Below are positions 12,591 to 26,584 of a stretch of 64,000 nt of DNA, piece after piece (position 1 is the stretch's first letter; every line of letters starts with the position of its first letter). The position numbers and the translations under genes are program-made. The notes under the pieces were generated by a model. It ran no database searches, was not told where the DNA came from, and saw only the letters and a list, made by a program, of their open reading frames with translations. The stretch lies in assembly GCF_036321535.1 (NCBI RefSeq), contig NC_087437.1:108626001-108690000 (forward strand). The letters run 5' to 3'. The DNA is from Camelus dromedarius. Its lineage: Eukaryota.

Positions 12591-14924
12591 TCTTTTAATT
12601 ATCATGTGTTCCCTTTCTTGAAACCTAAAAATGTTCCTTATTGGGAGGAAAAGATCAGAGTCCATTTAAGGTCTCTCCTCCTTTCTCACAAATTCTGCTC
12701 TTCAAAAAACCCATCAACCCAATTGTCCATAAGCCTTCTGAGACCCCCTTTAACTATCTAAATAAAATTCAGTCCCTAATCCCAAACGCTGTGAAAGCTG
12801 CAATGTTCCTTGAAATTCCTGAAGATATCTGCTCAAATCCCACTCTCAGCTTGAGTCTTGGATGCATCCATTTACAATCCGGCATTCTTTGTGTCTGTTA
12901 CCTTTGGTTCTATTTTGTCCCACATTTGTCCACACTCATTCCATTTTTATTTTCACAGAGTATCATTAAAATGTGGCTGCTGTAACAGAATTTTATGGGC
13001 AGTTGAAGGGTTCTGGAGGATATCAAGATAATTAGCAAAGACTTAGAAAATGGTGAAGTAATTGCAAAAGTATTTACGGGGTACCCTTTCTGTGCAGTGC
13101 TGGGATAGTCTAGCAGATCAGCCGGGGGTATGCACCTTTGGCTGTCTTTCCATCGGCTAGAATACTTTGCAGCCCTGTAGGAGGAAGCTGTAGAAAACTG
13201 ATAATGACATAGGTGAATTCTTCCAGCAGAAATACAATTGATTTGAACTGTGTAAAAATGATGATCCCAAATAATACATTTTATTGCCCTGAACAATACT
13301 ACTCAAATTTGCATCAATTTCAGCATTCTGGATTACCTAAACGTGTGTGTGTGTGTGTGTAGCTATATCCTTTATACAGATTATCTTTAAATTAACCTTT
13401 AAACATTAATTCAAACTGTGAATTATGTAAAATTTGTATAAGAGAATAATGATTTTAGATTTTTGAAAATTATACTTTGGTAAGGGGATTAGGTCTCAAC
13501 ATACCAGAAAGTAAAATAAGAACTTCGTATTGAATATCAGACACCCTGTTTCTGAAAATTCTTAGCTACGCCACAGTTATTTCTCATGGGTCTTGTGTCT
13601 CCATGGGCCATGGCCTCCTGCCACATTTCTCAGGCACTTCCTCTCTACACCTTCCCTGCATTCACTCTTCTTTCAACTCCCAATATCTCCAGCATCAAGG
13701 GACAACCCCGAGATGCCTATTTCTTTATAAGGTGGAGGAATTTAACTCCAAACCCCTACCTGAGACTTAGCTTCTGGCCCCCTTTGAGTATGCAAGAGGG
13801 GCTTATGATCATTTTCTCTTCTTTATAATTTTTTTAAAATGTCATTTATATTTGAAATTAATGTTGCTGCTGCCTGAGAATTTCCTCTTTTATTGGCACA
13901 TGATTTTCCACTAGGCACGTAACACCCTCTGCCAACCGATCATGTGTGCCATTTTGAACAAATAAAACTCCTCAAACTGAAAGCTTCCACAGCAGGAAGA
14001 GCCTCTGTACTCAGTAAGGACCAGATTCTCGGTATAAATATCATAGCTCAGGACCAGATACCGATGTGGAAAAACCTCACTGGGTTCTGCTTGGCTAACT
14101 ATGGGAGACTAAAGTAAACAACATTTAAAGTTCCTTCAAATCTTGAGATTCAAAGAGATAACAATATTTTGTGAACTAAGGTTTTACTCACTAAAGTGGC
14201 AAGAGGTGAGTAAACCACTCAATGTCTATGCAACAAAGAAGTTGTTTGAATCTCTCAAGTCCCAACTGCCTGGAAGAATCCTGGGAAACTTAGGCATTCC
14301 TCTAAGCTGGCACTATAGTTCTTCCGTGGCTGTGTTTGACACCATCCTTCCCTATTGGTGGTCTTTATCTGCCCCGGATTCTCTGGCTCTTGATCCACCC
14401 TCGATATTGCTCCTGAGCTGTGACTCTGACATCACTGCTTGTTGACATCATTCATCTACCACCAGGGCCTCCAGACAGGCTGCACTTGTCTGCAGTCAAG
14501 GCTTTTCACTGAGATAGCAAGAGCTCTGTCACCGTGGTTATGGATCTTCAGGGTTTCCCAAAAGCATGGTCCTTTCACTCTTCAGGTCCTAAATAACTTC
14601 TACTAAGATGGCTTTATTAGTCTCACCTTTCAGTTTTTTTTCCCCAAGGCCCTATCTCAAGGAACATGGGCTATGTTCACTTAAGGCCAGTTGAGCAGGC
14701 ATTAAAGTAGCATTTCATGGTGTCTATTTTAAAGCCCCTCCCACTGCTCAACCTCAAACTACAGGTGAACTCCCTATCAATTCAGGGTATTCCCTGAAGA
14801 CCAGAATGCAGTTTTGTATGCCTCTTGTTCTGGTTTTTTAACTTCAGGGCCTTGCAACCTATTTATCCATCCCTAAGATCTTCTTCATCTTTGTGGCCAC
14901 TTACAAAGCCATGCTAGGGGTTTC

Positions 14925-15405
14925 AAGGTATGCTCCTGTGTTCAGAGGTCCTCAGTAATTCACTGGAATGACTCAGCTCAAGGGAACTGTTATGCTCACA
15001 ATTATGGTTCATTATATATCAAGACGATTCAGATTAAAATCATCAGTGGAAGAAGGTAAACTCCAGGAGAAACTAGGCATAAGCTTCCAGTGGTCCTCTT
15101 GCAGTAGATTCACGGGGACAGCTTAATTCTCCCAGCAACAGTGTGCGGCAATAAGCACAGAGTATTACCTGCTAGGGAAGCTCACCTGAGCCTTGGTGTC
15201 TGGGCTGGCTGCCCACTGGGTTGAGCTTCAGACTCCCATCCCTCTAGAGGTCAAGCTGATGCTGCTTCCAGGTGAACAGAGATGCTCTTATCAAGTAAGA
15301 TACTCCAAAAGCTTGGAGGTTACCTCCCAGGAGCCCGGCAAAGGTCAACCTTTCTCTGGAAAGTACTGGGTGTGGGCAACCTGCTAAGTTGACTTTTTTA
15401 CTATC
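14925..15405 (-). mobile_element. MER21-family LTR
   Basis: The reverse complement gives ...gggctcctgggaggtaacctccaagcttttggagtatc...gataagagcatc. The motif agggaagctcacctgagccttggtgtc is also present. Confidence 0.8.
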
Positions 15406-15776
15406 CAGTTCCATTAGGACCACCTAAGATTCTTAACACAAAAACTACTTCATTCAAAATCAAAAGGGTGCTCAAACACCAAAATCAGTATTTATCATAC
15501 CTTAACCATTCTCCCTTTTGACTTTTCAAAATTGGATAGTCCTAATTTTTGCAGTGTAATCTCAACTGAGAGTGACTTTATGCCTTTGGTCATTTTTCTT
15601 CTTTATTTCGATTATCTTACTTGACACATAGAGAACTGAACTGCATCTAATATCATAATTTATACATAACATTAGGAAAATATCTGTGCCTAAAATATTT
15701 TCAAAATATCTTTGTCCAAAATACTTGTGTTTAATGCTCAACATTTATAGGCATTTTAGACCAAAGAAATGGACCT

Positions 15777-16280
15777 TGTGATGGTTAATTTTATGTGTCA
15801 ACTTGACTAGATAAAGAGTTACCTAGATAACTTGTTAAACATTTTTTCTCATTGTGTCTACAGAGATGTTTCCAGAAGAGATTACATTTGAATTAGTGAG
15901 CTGAGCAAAGCAGATGGACCTCCTCAATGCGGGTGGGCATCATCCAATCCATTGGGGACCTGAATAGAATAAAAAGGCAAGGAGGTTTGAATTCTCTCTC
16001 TCTCTTCCTGACTACTTGAGCTAGAACACGGATCTTTTCCTTCCTTCAGCAATCCTGTTTCTCAGGGCTTCAGATCCAGACTGGAATCTACACCATTGGC
16101 TCTTGGTTCTCACGGCTGTGAATTACACCACCAGCTCTCCTGGATCTCCAGCCTGAGATGGCAGGTCATGGGACTTCTCAGCCTGCATAACTTCATGAGT
16201 CAATACCTTATTTTATATATGTGCTCATTTAGTTTAATATATATATGATAAATGTAATACATTGTGCTTTCACTAACACA
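15777..16280 (+). mobile_element. MLT2 (ERVL) LTR
   Basis: tgtgatggttaattttatgtgtcaacttgact...gggtgggcatcatccaatcc...gggacttctcagcctgcataa. Confidence 0.9.
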
Positions 16281-16514
16281 CATTGAATTATACTTATCCA
16301 AAAGGAAAATATGAATACTTAAGTAAATTTAAGAAAATTTAAATTCTGCATGTCATAAAAGAATAAATGAATAGTTTGAAAAAATTTTTAGGTAATTGTT
16401 GTCATATATGCACTAGAAAAAAAGTGTAATATCCCTAATTTATAAAGAACTCACAACAAGAAAACTGAGAACTTTTAAAAAAAATTTTATTAAAGTATAG
16501 TTGATATCTATCTT

Positions 16515-17570
16515 TTCAAAAAGATGACCTACAGAATGGGAGAAAATACTTGCAAATGATTTGACCAATAAGGGATTAATATCAAAATATATAAATAGCT
16601 CATACAAGTTAATATCAAAAAAAAACAAACCACCTAATTAATAAAACTGGCAGAAGATCTGAATAGGTATTTTTCCGTAGAAGACATACAGATGGCTAAC
16701 AGGTACATCAAAAGATGTTCAACATGGCTAGTCAGGGACATGCAAATCAAAACCACAATGAGGTAATGAGCTATCAACTTACAATGGTCAGAATGGCCAT
16801 CATCAAAAAGTCTACAAATAACAAATGTTGGCAAAGATATGGTGAAAAGGGAACCCTTGTACACTGTTGATGGGAGTGTGAATTTGTGCATTCACTATGG
16901 AAAACAGTATGGAAATTCCTTAAAAAACTAAAAATAGAACTGCCACATGATCCAGCAATTCCTCTGCTAGGTGTATATCCAAATGAAATGTTAATACTAA
17001 TCCAAAAAGATATATGCACCCCAGTGTTCATAGCAGCATTATTTACAATAGCCAAGATTTGGAAGCAAGCTAAGTGGCCATCAACATATGAATGGATAAA
17101 AAAGATTATATTCCACACAATGGAATATTACTCAGCCATAAAAAAGATTGAAATTCTGGCATTTTCAAAAGCATGGATGGACCTAGAGAGTATTATGACT
17201 AGTGAAATAAGTCAGACAGAGAAAGACAAATACTCTGTATTATAAGTTACATGTGATATCTAAAACATAAAACAAAACAGAAACAGACTCACAGGTATAG
17301 ATAACAAACTAATGGTTGCCAGTAAAGAAGAGGAAATAGGGAGGGGGAGATAGTGGTATACAATTAAGACACATAAGCTACCATGTATGAAATAGATAAG
17401 CAGCAAGGATATATTGTATATTACAGGGAAATATGACCATTATTTTGTAATAACTTTAAATGTAGTATAATCTATAAAAATATTGAATCATTATGTTGTA
17501 GACCTGAAACTAACATAATATTGTAAATCAACTATACATCAATCAATCAATAAATAATATAATAAAATGC
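16515..17570 (+). mobile_element. L1 3' end (ORF2 C-terminus, 3'UTR and A tail)
   Basis: ORF 16886..17245 reads [30 protein letters not shown]...[18 protein letters not shown], followed by an A-rich tail. Confidence 0.95.
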
Positions 17571-17739
17571 AAAAAAGATAAAAATTAATCTAATACCCCA
17601 TTACAGAATTGTAATTTTGCAGAAATACTGATGTTCTCTCTTGCCAAATAATACATTTACATTGATGTAAGAAAAATTGATGAGATGATTAAAATCAATA
17701 TTCAAAATGTCTCTATGAAGATAATGCTTATATTCTTAA

Positions 17740-18970
17740 AAAGCAGCATTATTCACAAAAGCCAAGTATAGAAACAAATGAAGTCAGTCAATGGATGAAT
17801 AGACAGAGAAAATGTGTTATATGTACATCACACATATATATGTATATATAATGAAACATTAATCAGCCTTAAAAAAGAAGGAAATCATGTCATTTGTGAC
17901 AGCATGGATAGAATTTGAAGGCATTAGGCTAAGTGAAATATGCCAGAGAGAGGAAGAAAAATACTTCATGGTATCACTTATATGTGGAGTTTTTTTTTAA
18001 AGGTAAACTCATAGAAATAGAGAGTAGAAAGGTGGTTGCCAGGGGTTGAGGGTGGGGGAAACAGGAAAAGTTTGGTAAAAGGGTGCAAACTTTCAGTTAT
18101 AAGATGATAAGTTCTAAGGATCTAATATGTGACATGGTGACTAGAGCTTACAGCACAGCAGTGTTAAGTTTGAAACTTGCTAAGAGAACAGAGTTGAAAT
18201 GTTATCCAAAAAAGGAAATATGATCCAGAAAAAAGGAACCCTACTTTAGGATGACACCTGCACCCCAATGTTCATAGCAGCATTATTTACAATAGCCAAG
18301 ACATGGAAATAGCCTACACGTCCATCAACAGATGACTGGATAAAGAAGCTGTGGTATACTTATACAATGGAATACTACTCAGCCATAAAAACTGACAACA
18401 TAACGCCATTTGCAGCAACATGGATGCTTCTGGAGAATGTCATTCTAAGTGAAGTAAGCCAGAAAGAGAAAGAAAAATACCATATGAGATCGCTCAAATG
18501 TGGAATCTAAACAAACGAACAAACAAAGCAAGCATAAATACAGAACAGAAATAGACTCACAGACATAGAATGTAACTTGTGGTTGCCAAGGTGGTGAGGG
18601 GTGGGAAGATATAGACTGGGATTTCAAAATTGTAGAATAGATAAACAAGATTATACTGTATAGCACAGCGAAATATATACAAGATCTTATGGTAGCTCAC
18701 AGAGAAAAAAATGTGACAATGAATATATATATGTTCATGTATAATTGAAAAATTGTGCTGTACACTGGAATTTGACACAACATTGTAAAATGATTATAAA
18801 TCAATAAAAAATTTTTTAAAAAAAGGAAATATGTCGGGTGATGGATATGTTAATTAACTCAATGGAGAGAATTCTTTCATAATGTATACATATATTAAAT
18901 TATCACATTGTACACTTTAAATATCTTACAATTTATTTGTCAATTATAATTCAAAATAGCTGGGAAGAAA
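17740..18970 (+). mobile_element. Older L1MA/MB-type 3' end hosting a younger L1
   Basis: agcagcattattcacaaaagccaag...ggtggttgccagggg, resuming after the insert with gggtgatggatatgttaatta...attgtacactttaaatatc. Confidence 0.85.
18223..18818 (+). mobile_element. Young L1 3' end with a perfect 15-bp TSD
   Basis: TSD aaaaaaggaaatatg at 18208-18222 and 18819-18833; same 3'UTR subfamily as 1-938. Confidence 0.95.
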
Positions 18971-20429
18971 AGAATATCTCATAAGACTTCTAATTGCTGA
19001 TAGAAGAAGCTTGAATTACCAAAAGAAAAATACTTAAAATGCAAATGTGGCAGATATTTCTTCTGTTTAGACATCTCTTGATGCTGCATCCATTGATTTT
19101 AGGATAGGGAACACTTAATATTAGAAAAAAAATCTTTCCCAGATGGAATTTGAATAAGCCAATGACCTAATTTTTCAAAAATTGTTGTCATGAGGCGGTT
19201 GAGAAGACTGGAACTTTACAGAAGAGCCAGTGTGGCTACAGACTTAACATAGCAAAGAAGTAGAGAAAAACCACTCAGAGAGCTGTCAACTACCATCTTG
19301 TTGCAAGAAGACAAGATTTCTACTTGCAGTAGGAAGCAACTCTGAGTGAAGGGAATGCAGCGTCAGAATCAAAGAATGAATCCATATGGGACCACAGTCA
19401 ATCTTAATGGAATTCCTGGAGACCAGTCTCACGACCCAAAACCTCTTCAGGGGGAAGAGTGACTGCAACAATAAATGTGGGAGAAGGGAAGGCATGACTA
19501 TAACTCTCCTTGAGAAAGTGAAAACTCAAGTAAATGCTATAAAAAAGTGAAAACAAAGCCTCTCTTGGAAAATACACTATCCACTAGCAATGGCTTTTGG
19601 TAAAGGCACATATTGACCAAAACTTACGAGGACTAAGAGCATTCAATCAAAACAAACATACCCGAGTAAATTAAAAACTTGCAAGTAGCATCTTTGTCGC
19701 CATAGAGATCAATGTAAGTAATATCAACATTGGTTCTATATTAAAACACACACACACACACATCAAATAAAGGAAGGCTTTCTTCTCTAAAGCTCCTAAT
19801 TTTCCAATGAATGAAACATAAGGCGGCATCTGATCTGAAGTTTCGCTAGGAGGCTCAGAATTCAAATTTGTTCTGCTTAAAGGGAATCAAACTAACAACC
19901 AAATGAACTGCCGATGTCATTTTTTTAAATAAAAGAAATCAAAGAAATTTCAAAGTGTAACATGTTTAAAAATTGAGGAGTCCCATACCTACTAGATGAT
20001 AGAAGAGACAAGCAAAAATCGGAATAGCTATCATTGTCTTTGAGATTGCCAAGATCTAAATAACATAGATGAGAAAAACAAAAACAAAAACACAAAAACA
20101 ACAACAAGAAAAAAATAACACAGATGAGACCCACAAGTAAAACAACTCAGAATCACTCGAGACCAAAATCGCTCCAAGAAATACACGAGAGTGGAAAGGA
20201 TGAAGGAATCAGGCAAAATCATAGGGTATGGGTTACAGGCTGGCCATGAAAACATCAGTGCAATAATGATCACTTACCAGTTTTGACAGAAGGAAAAAAA
20301 TAATTTTCAAAAGAAAGAAAATGTGTTGTGTTCTCGGAACTATCTAAGCAAGGAGGCCCATTCTAGTTTTCAGGAAAATGTATCATTGTCTGAAGTGGAA
20401 GTGCAAAGAGAAGGGAAGACAACTTACTT

Positions 20430-20770
20430 TCACTGGACAGGGACATGGCCAGACACGCAGGTTGCCCTCGACATGTGCCTTCTTTCCAGACCCTCTCAAC
20501 AACCCTGGTAGAAGGTATTATTCATCGCATTTTACGAATATGAGTAACAATTTAGTGAGTGATTCTCGTATACCAGGATCTCTGAAATCTTTGCATGGAT
20601 TACCTATCTCATCTAAGCCTCACAACAACTATTTAGGGAGTGCCAATGTTATCCCATTTTACAGAAGTGGAAACTGAGGCTCAGAATGTTGAGGTCACTT
20701 GTCTATGGTCGTACATGCACTAACAGTGGAGATGGGATTTCAAGAACCCTGGACTCCTTCATAGCACATG
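20430..20770 (-). mobile_element. MIR SINE remnants (two adjacent)
   Basis: tattattcatcgcattttacgaat, and gttatcccattttacagaagtggaaactgaggctcaga. Confidence 0.8.
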
Positions 20771-21088
20771 CCCTTCCCTCTAGACTAAACACAAGATTTC
20801 TAATAAGAATGAACTGTAGAAAGCATGTCAAAGAGGAAACTGACCCAGGCAGGGCCATCAGTGGCAGAACTTGTCTGGTTTTGAAACCCAGAGCTCCTTC
20901 CAGCTCCCGACAAAGCCAGAATGAAATCCGCAAGATCAGCTTAGTCTTATTCCATCCTCACCAAAATGAAGGTTTCTCATCCTAGAGAGAAGAGGCACTA
21001 TAAGGAACTTATTTTAAAATGAAAGTATTAAGGGAAAAATCATTGAAAAAGTCCCCTAAGAATTTTTTTTTCCTAATCAGATGGCCAG

Positions 21089-21864
21089 CATCAATAATTA
21101 CCAGGGAAACGCAAATCAAAACCACAATGAGATCTCACCTCGCTATGGCTATCATCAAAAAGAGCACAAATAATAAACACTGGTGAGGATGTGGAGAAAA
21201 GGGAACCCTCGTACACTGTTGGTGGGAATGTGAGTTGGTGCAGCCACTGTGAAAAGCAGTGTGGAGTTTTCTCAAAAAACTACAAATAGAACTGCCATAT
21301 TATCCAGCAATCCCACTCCTGGGTATACATCCAAAAGAAACAAAAACACTAATTCAAAAAGATACATGCATCCCAATGTTCATAGCAGCATTATTTACAG
21401 TTAAGATATGGAAGCAAACTGTCCATCAACAGATGAATGGATAAAGAAGATGTGGTATATATACATGCAATGGAATACCATAAAAGAGAATGAAATTTTG
21501 TCCTTTACAGCAACACGGATGGACTTGGAGGGCATTAGGCTAAGTGAAATAAGTCAGACAGAGAAAGACAAGTATTGCATGATATCTCTTAAATGTGGAA
21601 TCTAAAAAAATACAACAAACTAGTGAATACAACAACAACAAAGAAGCAGACTCACAGATGTAGAGAACAAACTACTGGTTACCAGCGGCAGGATGGGAAA
21701 ATTTAGGGGTGGGGGAGTGGGAGGTACAAACTCTTGGGTGCAAGATATGATACAAGGATGTATTATACCACGTGGGGAATACAGCTAATATTTTGTAATA
21801 ACTGTAAATGGAGTGTAACCTTTAAAATTGTATATAAAATAAATTTTAATTAAAAAATTAAAAA
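21089..21864 (+). mobile_element. L1 3' end with 15-bp TSD
   Basis: ORF 21259..21444 reads [26 protein letters not shown]... TSD taatcag(a/g)tggccag at 21074-21088 and 21865-21879. Confidence 0.95.
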
Positions 21865-22254
21865 TAATCAGGTGGCCAGTTGGTTTATAGTGTAACAATG
21901 CCCAATCATGTTAGCTGGCAAGTGTCAGACCTGAGCCAGCCCAGAACAGGGGGCATCTGTGTTAGACACCATCCACCCCCAGAGCCTAGGACTTTGGCAG
22001 ATGCCCTAAGTCCTGATACCAGGTGCTCCTTCTTCTCTCTGCTTGGACACGGGCAGAAATCGTTGAATGAGCACATTGAAAGAGCGAGAAATAAAATGTT
22101 GATCTTTCTTGAGAAGCGCTGAGAAAGTTGCTGACTGATGGCGAGTGTATTTGTCTCATAGAAGCAAGATCTGAGTTCCCAAACCTGTCAAAGGGCAAAG
22201 AAGACTCTGGAGAGGAGGGAGCCATGATTAATCTCATAGTCATAATGTCGTCAT

Positions 22255-22750
22255 CAGTGTTAGATTGTCTGCCCTCATAGACATTAAAACCCAGCAGGAG
22301 AGGTAGACATTGAATAAGCAGTTATAAGGATGATAAATGCCACACATGAGAAGGCTTATGCATCATGGGGACCCTATCTGGGGTCAAGCAGAGAGGACGG
22401 GGCTAATATGTCCCCGTCCATGAAGGTTTCCCTACGGAAGTAATGGTCAAGATGAAACCAGAGCAGTGAGGAGGCGAGAAGAGGTTACACAAGCTCGTGT
22501 GTGTGCTTGTGTGCATGTGTAGGTGTGTGTGTGAGAGAGAGAAAGAGAGGAAGAGACAGAGAGAAAGATGGGGGCTGGGGGAGGGTGTCAATAGCGGAAA
22601 TCAACATCCCTTGAAAAAGGAACAACATATAAATATATTGATAGGAAATAAAGAGCATAGAACCTTCAAGAACTAAAAGAAAACCCCCATGACCGAAGCA
22701 GAAGAAACATTAGAGAGGCCTGGAGATGCAGCTGGAGAGACGGACAGAGA
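22255..22750 (-). mobile_element. LINE-2 remnant containing a (TG)n/(GA)n tract
   Basis: ctgccctcatagac...gaaggtttccctacggaagtaatg; compound microsatellite at about 22497-22565. Confidence 0.55.
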
Positions 22751-23819
22751 CATTCTGATTTTATTCCTTCGTCTCATGAGCGGATTTAACCAGTCTACTC
22801 ACGATGGATCAGTGTTCTGCCAGAATCCAGTTTAAAAGACTCCAGGACAGAAGGCCAGACTGAACATGACATCCACCAGGCAATGATGCCACCCTGCCAG
22901 CCTCATGGGAAACAGCCCACCAGCCCTTTACCCCGAGACCATGTCATGGTTCTGCCACGTGGCTACGAAAGCACGTTTTGACTGTCTTTTTTGATTAATC
23001 ACAGTTTATCAGCATACAGACAGAAAGAGTCCTTGTGTTGATTTGTGAAAGACAACTTACTTAACTGATTCATTTTACTAAGAATCTAAATATCTACTGG
23101 TTGCTGGGATTTTGTGCAGTGGCCAAATATCCGCCTCCTTTAACCAAAACTGACTTTCTAATTGATCAACTTAAGTTTCTTTCCTTCCAAAATCCAAACA
23201 ATAGGATCCTTGCAGAGACTCAGAGCATACTTAGAGTGCATTTTCTGTGCCTCTATAGCCACACCTTAAAAAACAGTATTTGATAACATAATTTCACTTA
23301 GTAATTCTCAATATGTTTACGTTAAGCCCTTGTAAGAATTTTACAGAGTATCAGTTAATGAGAGCCGGACCAAAAGGCCTCTTCTGCAAAAAAAGTTTAT
23401 GAAAACTCTTGCTGCCCTGCCAAATGTCTGAACAAATGTCTGAAAAAGAAGTTGCCATGTCTAATGACTACCATTGCCAGTTCAACAGACAATTCCAGAA
23501 GCAGGTGTGGCCCCACAACACACGTTTACATTTTTTTCTGCACTCTACCAAATATCCAATTCTAAACACTAAAAAAAAAAAAAAAAGTTCAAAATTAATA
23601 TCTCATATCCAGATCTTGAATGTCTATAGATAAAACACCCAGGTTATCTAACTAAATTTCACAATTTCCAGTTTATTATTATTGAATGGAGTCAAACATA
23701 TGCAGAAAGTTGAAAGAATGGGGTCAAGTCAAGCAGGAAGATGTACTCAGGGCACAGATATACCCAGGGTACCACTGGATGAGTGGCTTACCAAAAACAG
23801 TCCTCATGCACAGAATACT

Positions 23820-24521
23820 CTTTTTTTATAGTTGATTTACAATGTTATGTTAGTTTGTGGTGTACAGCATAGTGATTCAGTCATACATTTATATATATAT
23901 TTTTTTCTTTTTCATATTCTTTTTCATTATAGGTTATTACAAGGCATTGAATATAGTTCCCTGTGCTATACAGTAGGTCCTTGTTGTTTATCTGTTTTGT
24001 ATATAATAGTTTGAATCTGCTAATCCCAAATTCCCAGTTTATTCCTGCCACTCCCTTTCCCCTCTGGTAACCACAAGTTTGTTTTCTATGTCTGTGAGTC
24101 TGTTTCTGTTTTGTAAATAAATTCATTTGTGTCATTTTTTTTTAGATTCCATATATAAGTGATATCAAATGATATTTGTCTTTCTCTGACTTACTTCACT
24201 TAGTATGATCATCTCCAGTTTCATCCATGTTTCTGCAAATGGCATTATTTTATTCTTTTTATGGCTGAGTAGTATTCCATTGTGCATATATACCACATCT
24301 TCTTTATCCATTCTTCAGTCGATGGACATTTAGGTTGCTTCCATGTCTTAGCTATTGTAAATAGTGTTGCTATGAATATTGGGGTGCATGTGTCTTTTCA
24401 AATTAGAGTTTTCTCTGGGTCTATGTCCAGAAGTGGGATGGCTGGATCATATGATAACTCCATTTTTAGTTTTTTAAGGAACTTCCATACTGTTTCCCAC
24501 AGTGGCTGCACCAAATTATAC
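23820..24521 (-). mobile_element. L1 3' end
   Basis: PolyT, then atagttgatttacaatgttatgttag...ggacatttaggttgcttccatgtc...ggaacttccatactgtttcccacagtggctgcacc. Confidence 0.95.
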
Positions 24522-24768
24522 AGGGGAACATTCTTTGCTTTATGTTTCCACTTCTTAAAAGAGCTAGGTCAAGCTCGACCTTGACAATCTTCACCAGAGA
24601 TTGATGAAGGGCAAAAAAGATATATAACCATCACTCTTGTGTACTAAACTTGAAACTATCAAATAGTAAACCCGTAGCTCCTGGCAAATTTTTATGGCAA
24701 TCATCAACTTTTAACTCCGAGAGAATATTCAAGGGTAGAAGATCAGAAAGGATTCTGAAGGTGACTGT

Positions 24769-24889
24769 TAGGCTTGCCAATTACATCCAGTTAAATGTGA
24801 ATTTCAGACAAACATCAAACAAGTTTTTAGTGTGTGTATGTTCCATGCAACATTGGTGGTATTTTTATTTGCCAAATCTGGCAACCCTG
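24769..24889. mobile_element. MER53-like hAT MITE, internally deleted
   Basis: TIR-like ends aggcttgcca...tggcaaccct, with internal ccagttaaatgtgaatttcagacaaaca. Confidence 0.75.
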
Positions 24890-26584
24890 CTGATAGAAGA
24901 TTGTTTTTTATTTTTAGTGCCCTCCTGCTTTATAAGGATTTGAGTCTGCGAGTTCAGCTGTGAGGTGCTAAGACTCACACGGAAAAGAGAGATATGGATG
25001 CCCACGGAAAGCCGGGGAGATAAACAGTAGCAAGGAGAGGGCGAGAAGACAAGCCACTTGGCAGAGATCTGAGGGGCATGGGGGAAGGGACACAAGGAAG
25101 GGACATTGATGAAATGTTAGGCCATTTTCCTGAAGTGTGAGAGCATCCTGCCTTTCCTCTCCAAATGCATCAGTAAAATCAACATTACTCACAATGCATG
25201 AGGGTAGGGTAACTAGATTCCAGAGTAATTTCTTTCTTGCCACTAAAAGGTGTCAATTCCTACTTAAAACTCGGCATGAGGCAGCCAACATACAGATGAT
25301 CTGAATAATTGGAGAGGCTCTTTAAGCAACAGTAGGCCCATATATGTTTGCTACTTCCTCTAGAGCAGCAGGTCTGCAAACCCACCCTGACCAAATGTGA
25401 ACCAATGAACCAATGCAGAGAAGGTTCTGCTTCAGCTAGTGAGTGACAGCTCCTGAACAAATGTGAAAAAGAGTTCGTACCCAGGCCAGGCCAGGCTAAA
25501 ATCACTAAGTAGCCACTCAGAAACACGGGTTTCCATGATATCTACCCTTGGAAGACTGCAACAGTACTTCTACGACGATTCTATTATCACTATTATTGTG
25601 AAACATTGGCCTGATGCTACGAAGGTTAAACACCGGTGTAGCACGGCTAACCCAATGCCTTGTGGGTTCACTTTAACTAAGCTCACTAAGGTTTTCCTTT
25701 GGTGTTTCCCTTTTCAAGGACTTAACAAGCTTGGCCATTTGACAAACACTTTGTGGCTATTCACTTTATACCATAATACGTTTATAGAAGTGAAATGAAT
25801 TTTGGTAACTGAAAGCAATGAACTACACCATAAAACATCTCTGTAATCTTCCTGAATGCCAGCTTCCAAAACAAAACCTTGGAAATGTGATTCCATTTTG
25901 ATGGTGAACACCTGCAATAAACTCAGAACATTTTTCCAAACCACTCTCCCAGCTCCATTGAACATCAGAGTGCTGTTTGGTTAGGTTTAGGGGGTGTTTA
26001 TTGTTGTTTAAAGTGTTATGTGTTATTCAGAGAGAATTTACATCGGTCAAACCACGCTGGTCAAGCATCGCGGGGACTGCCACAGGGGATACTGAAGTTC
26101 AGGTGTTCTACTGATTCTTTGTTTTGGACATTGTGTGACTGTTCTGAGTACAAGTTTCCATCTGTCGTTAACCTTGGAAAACAGAGCAGGAGATTATGCC
26201 ACGGCTGGTGTGAAAAAATACAGCATGCGTAGCTGATAGGACAGTGCTGGGCACAGAGTGGGTGACAGATAAACTCAGTGAATCACTGATTATTTCTGTA
26301 ACTTCCTTCTAACTTTAGGAAGAAACATTAATGAAGGGGGAAAATGAACTCTAAATGTATTTTAGAAATAAAACTTAAGTGGTATTCTATATGTATACAT
26401 TCTAAATGCATTTTGTCTTTTCCAAAGAATATTTTGGAAATAAAGTCAGAGAAATACCTCCGTCTAGATAACGTTCCCATGTATGAGCATTGGTGGGACG
26501 TGGAAGATGATGGCTGTGATTGTGTGGATTATGAAGTGTGTGTACACCAAATATTCTCAGTCTTGGCTGCACATTGACATAAAC

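Noticed and set aside
12910..13296. 128-aa minus-strand ORF and a plus-strand acceptor near 12958
   Set aside because: The start is non-ATG, no homology is recognisable, and the plus-strand frames contain multiple stops.
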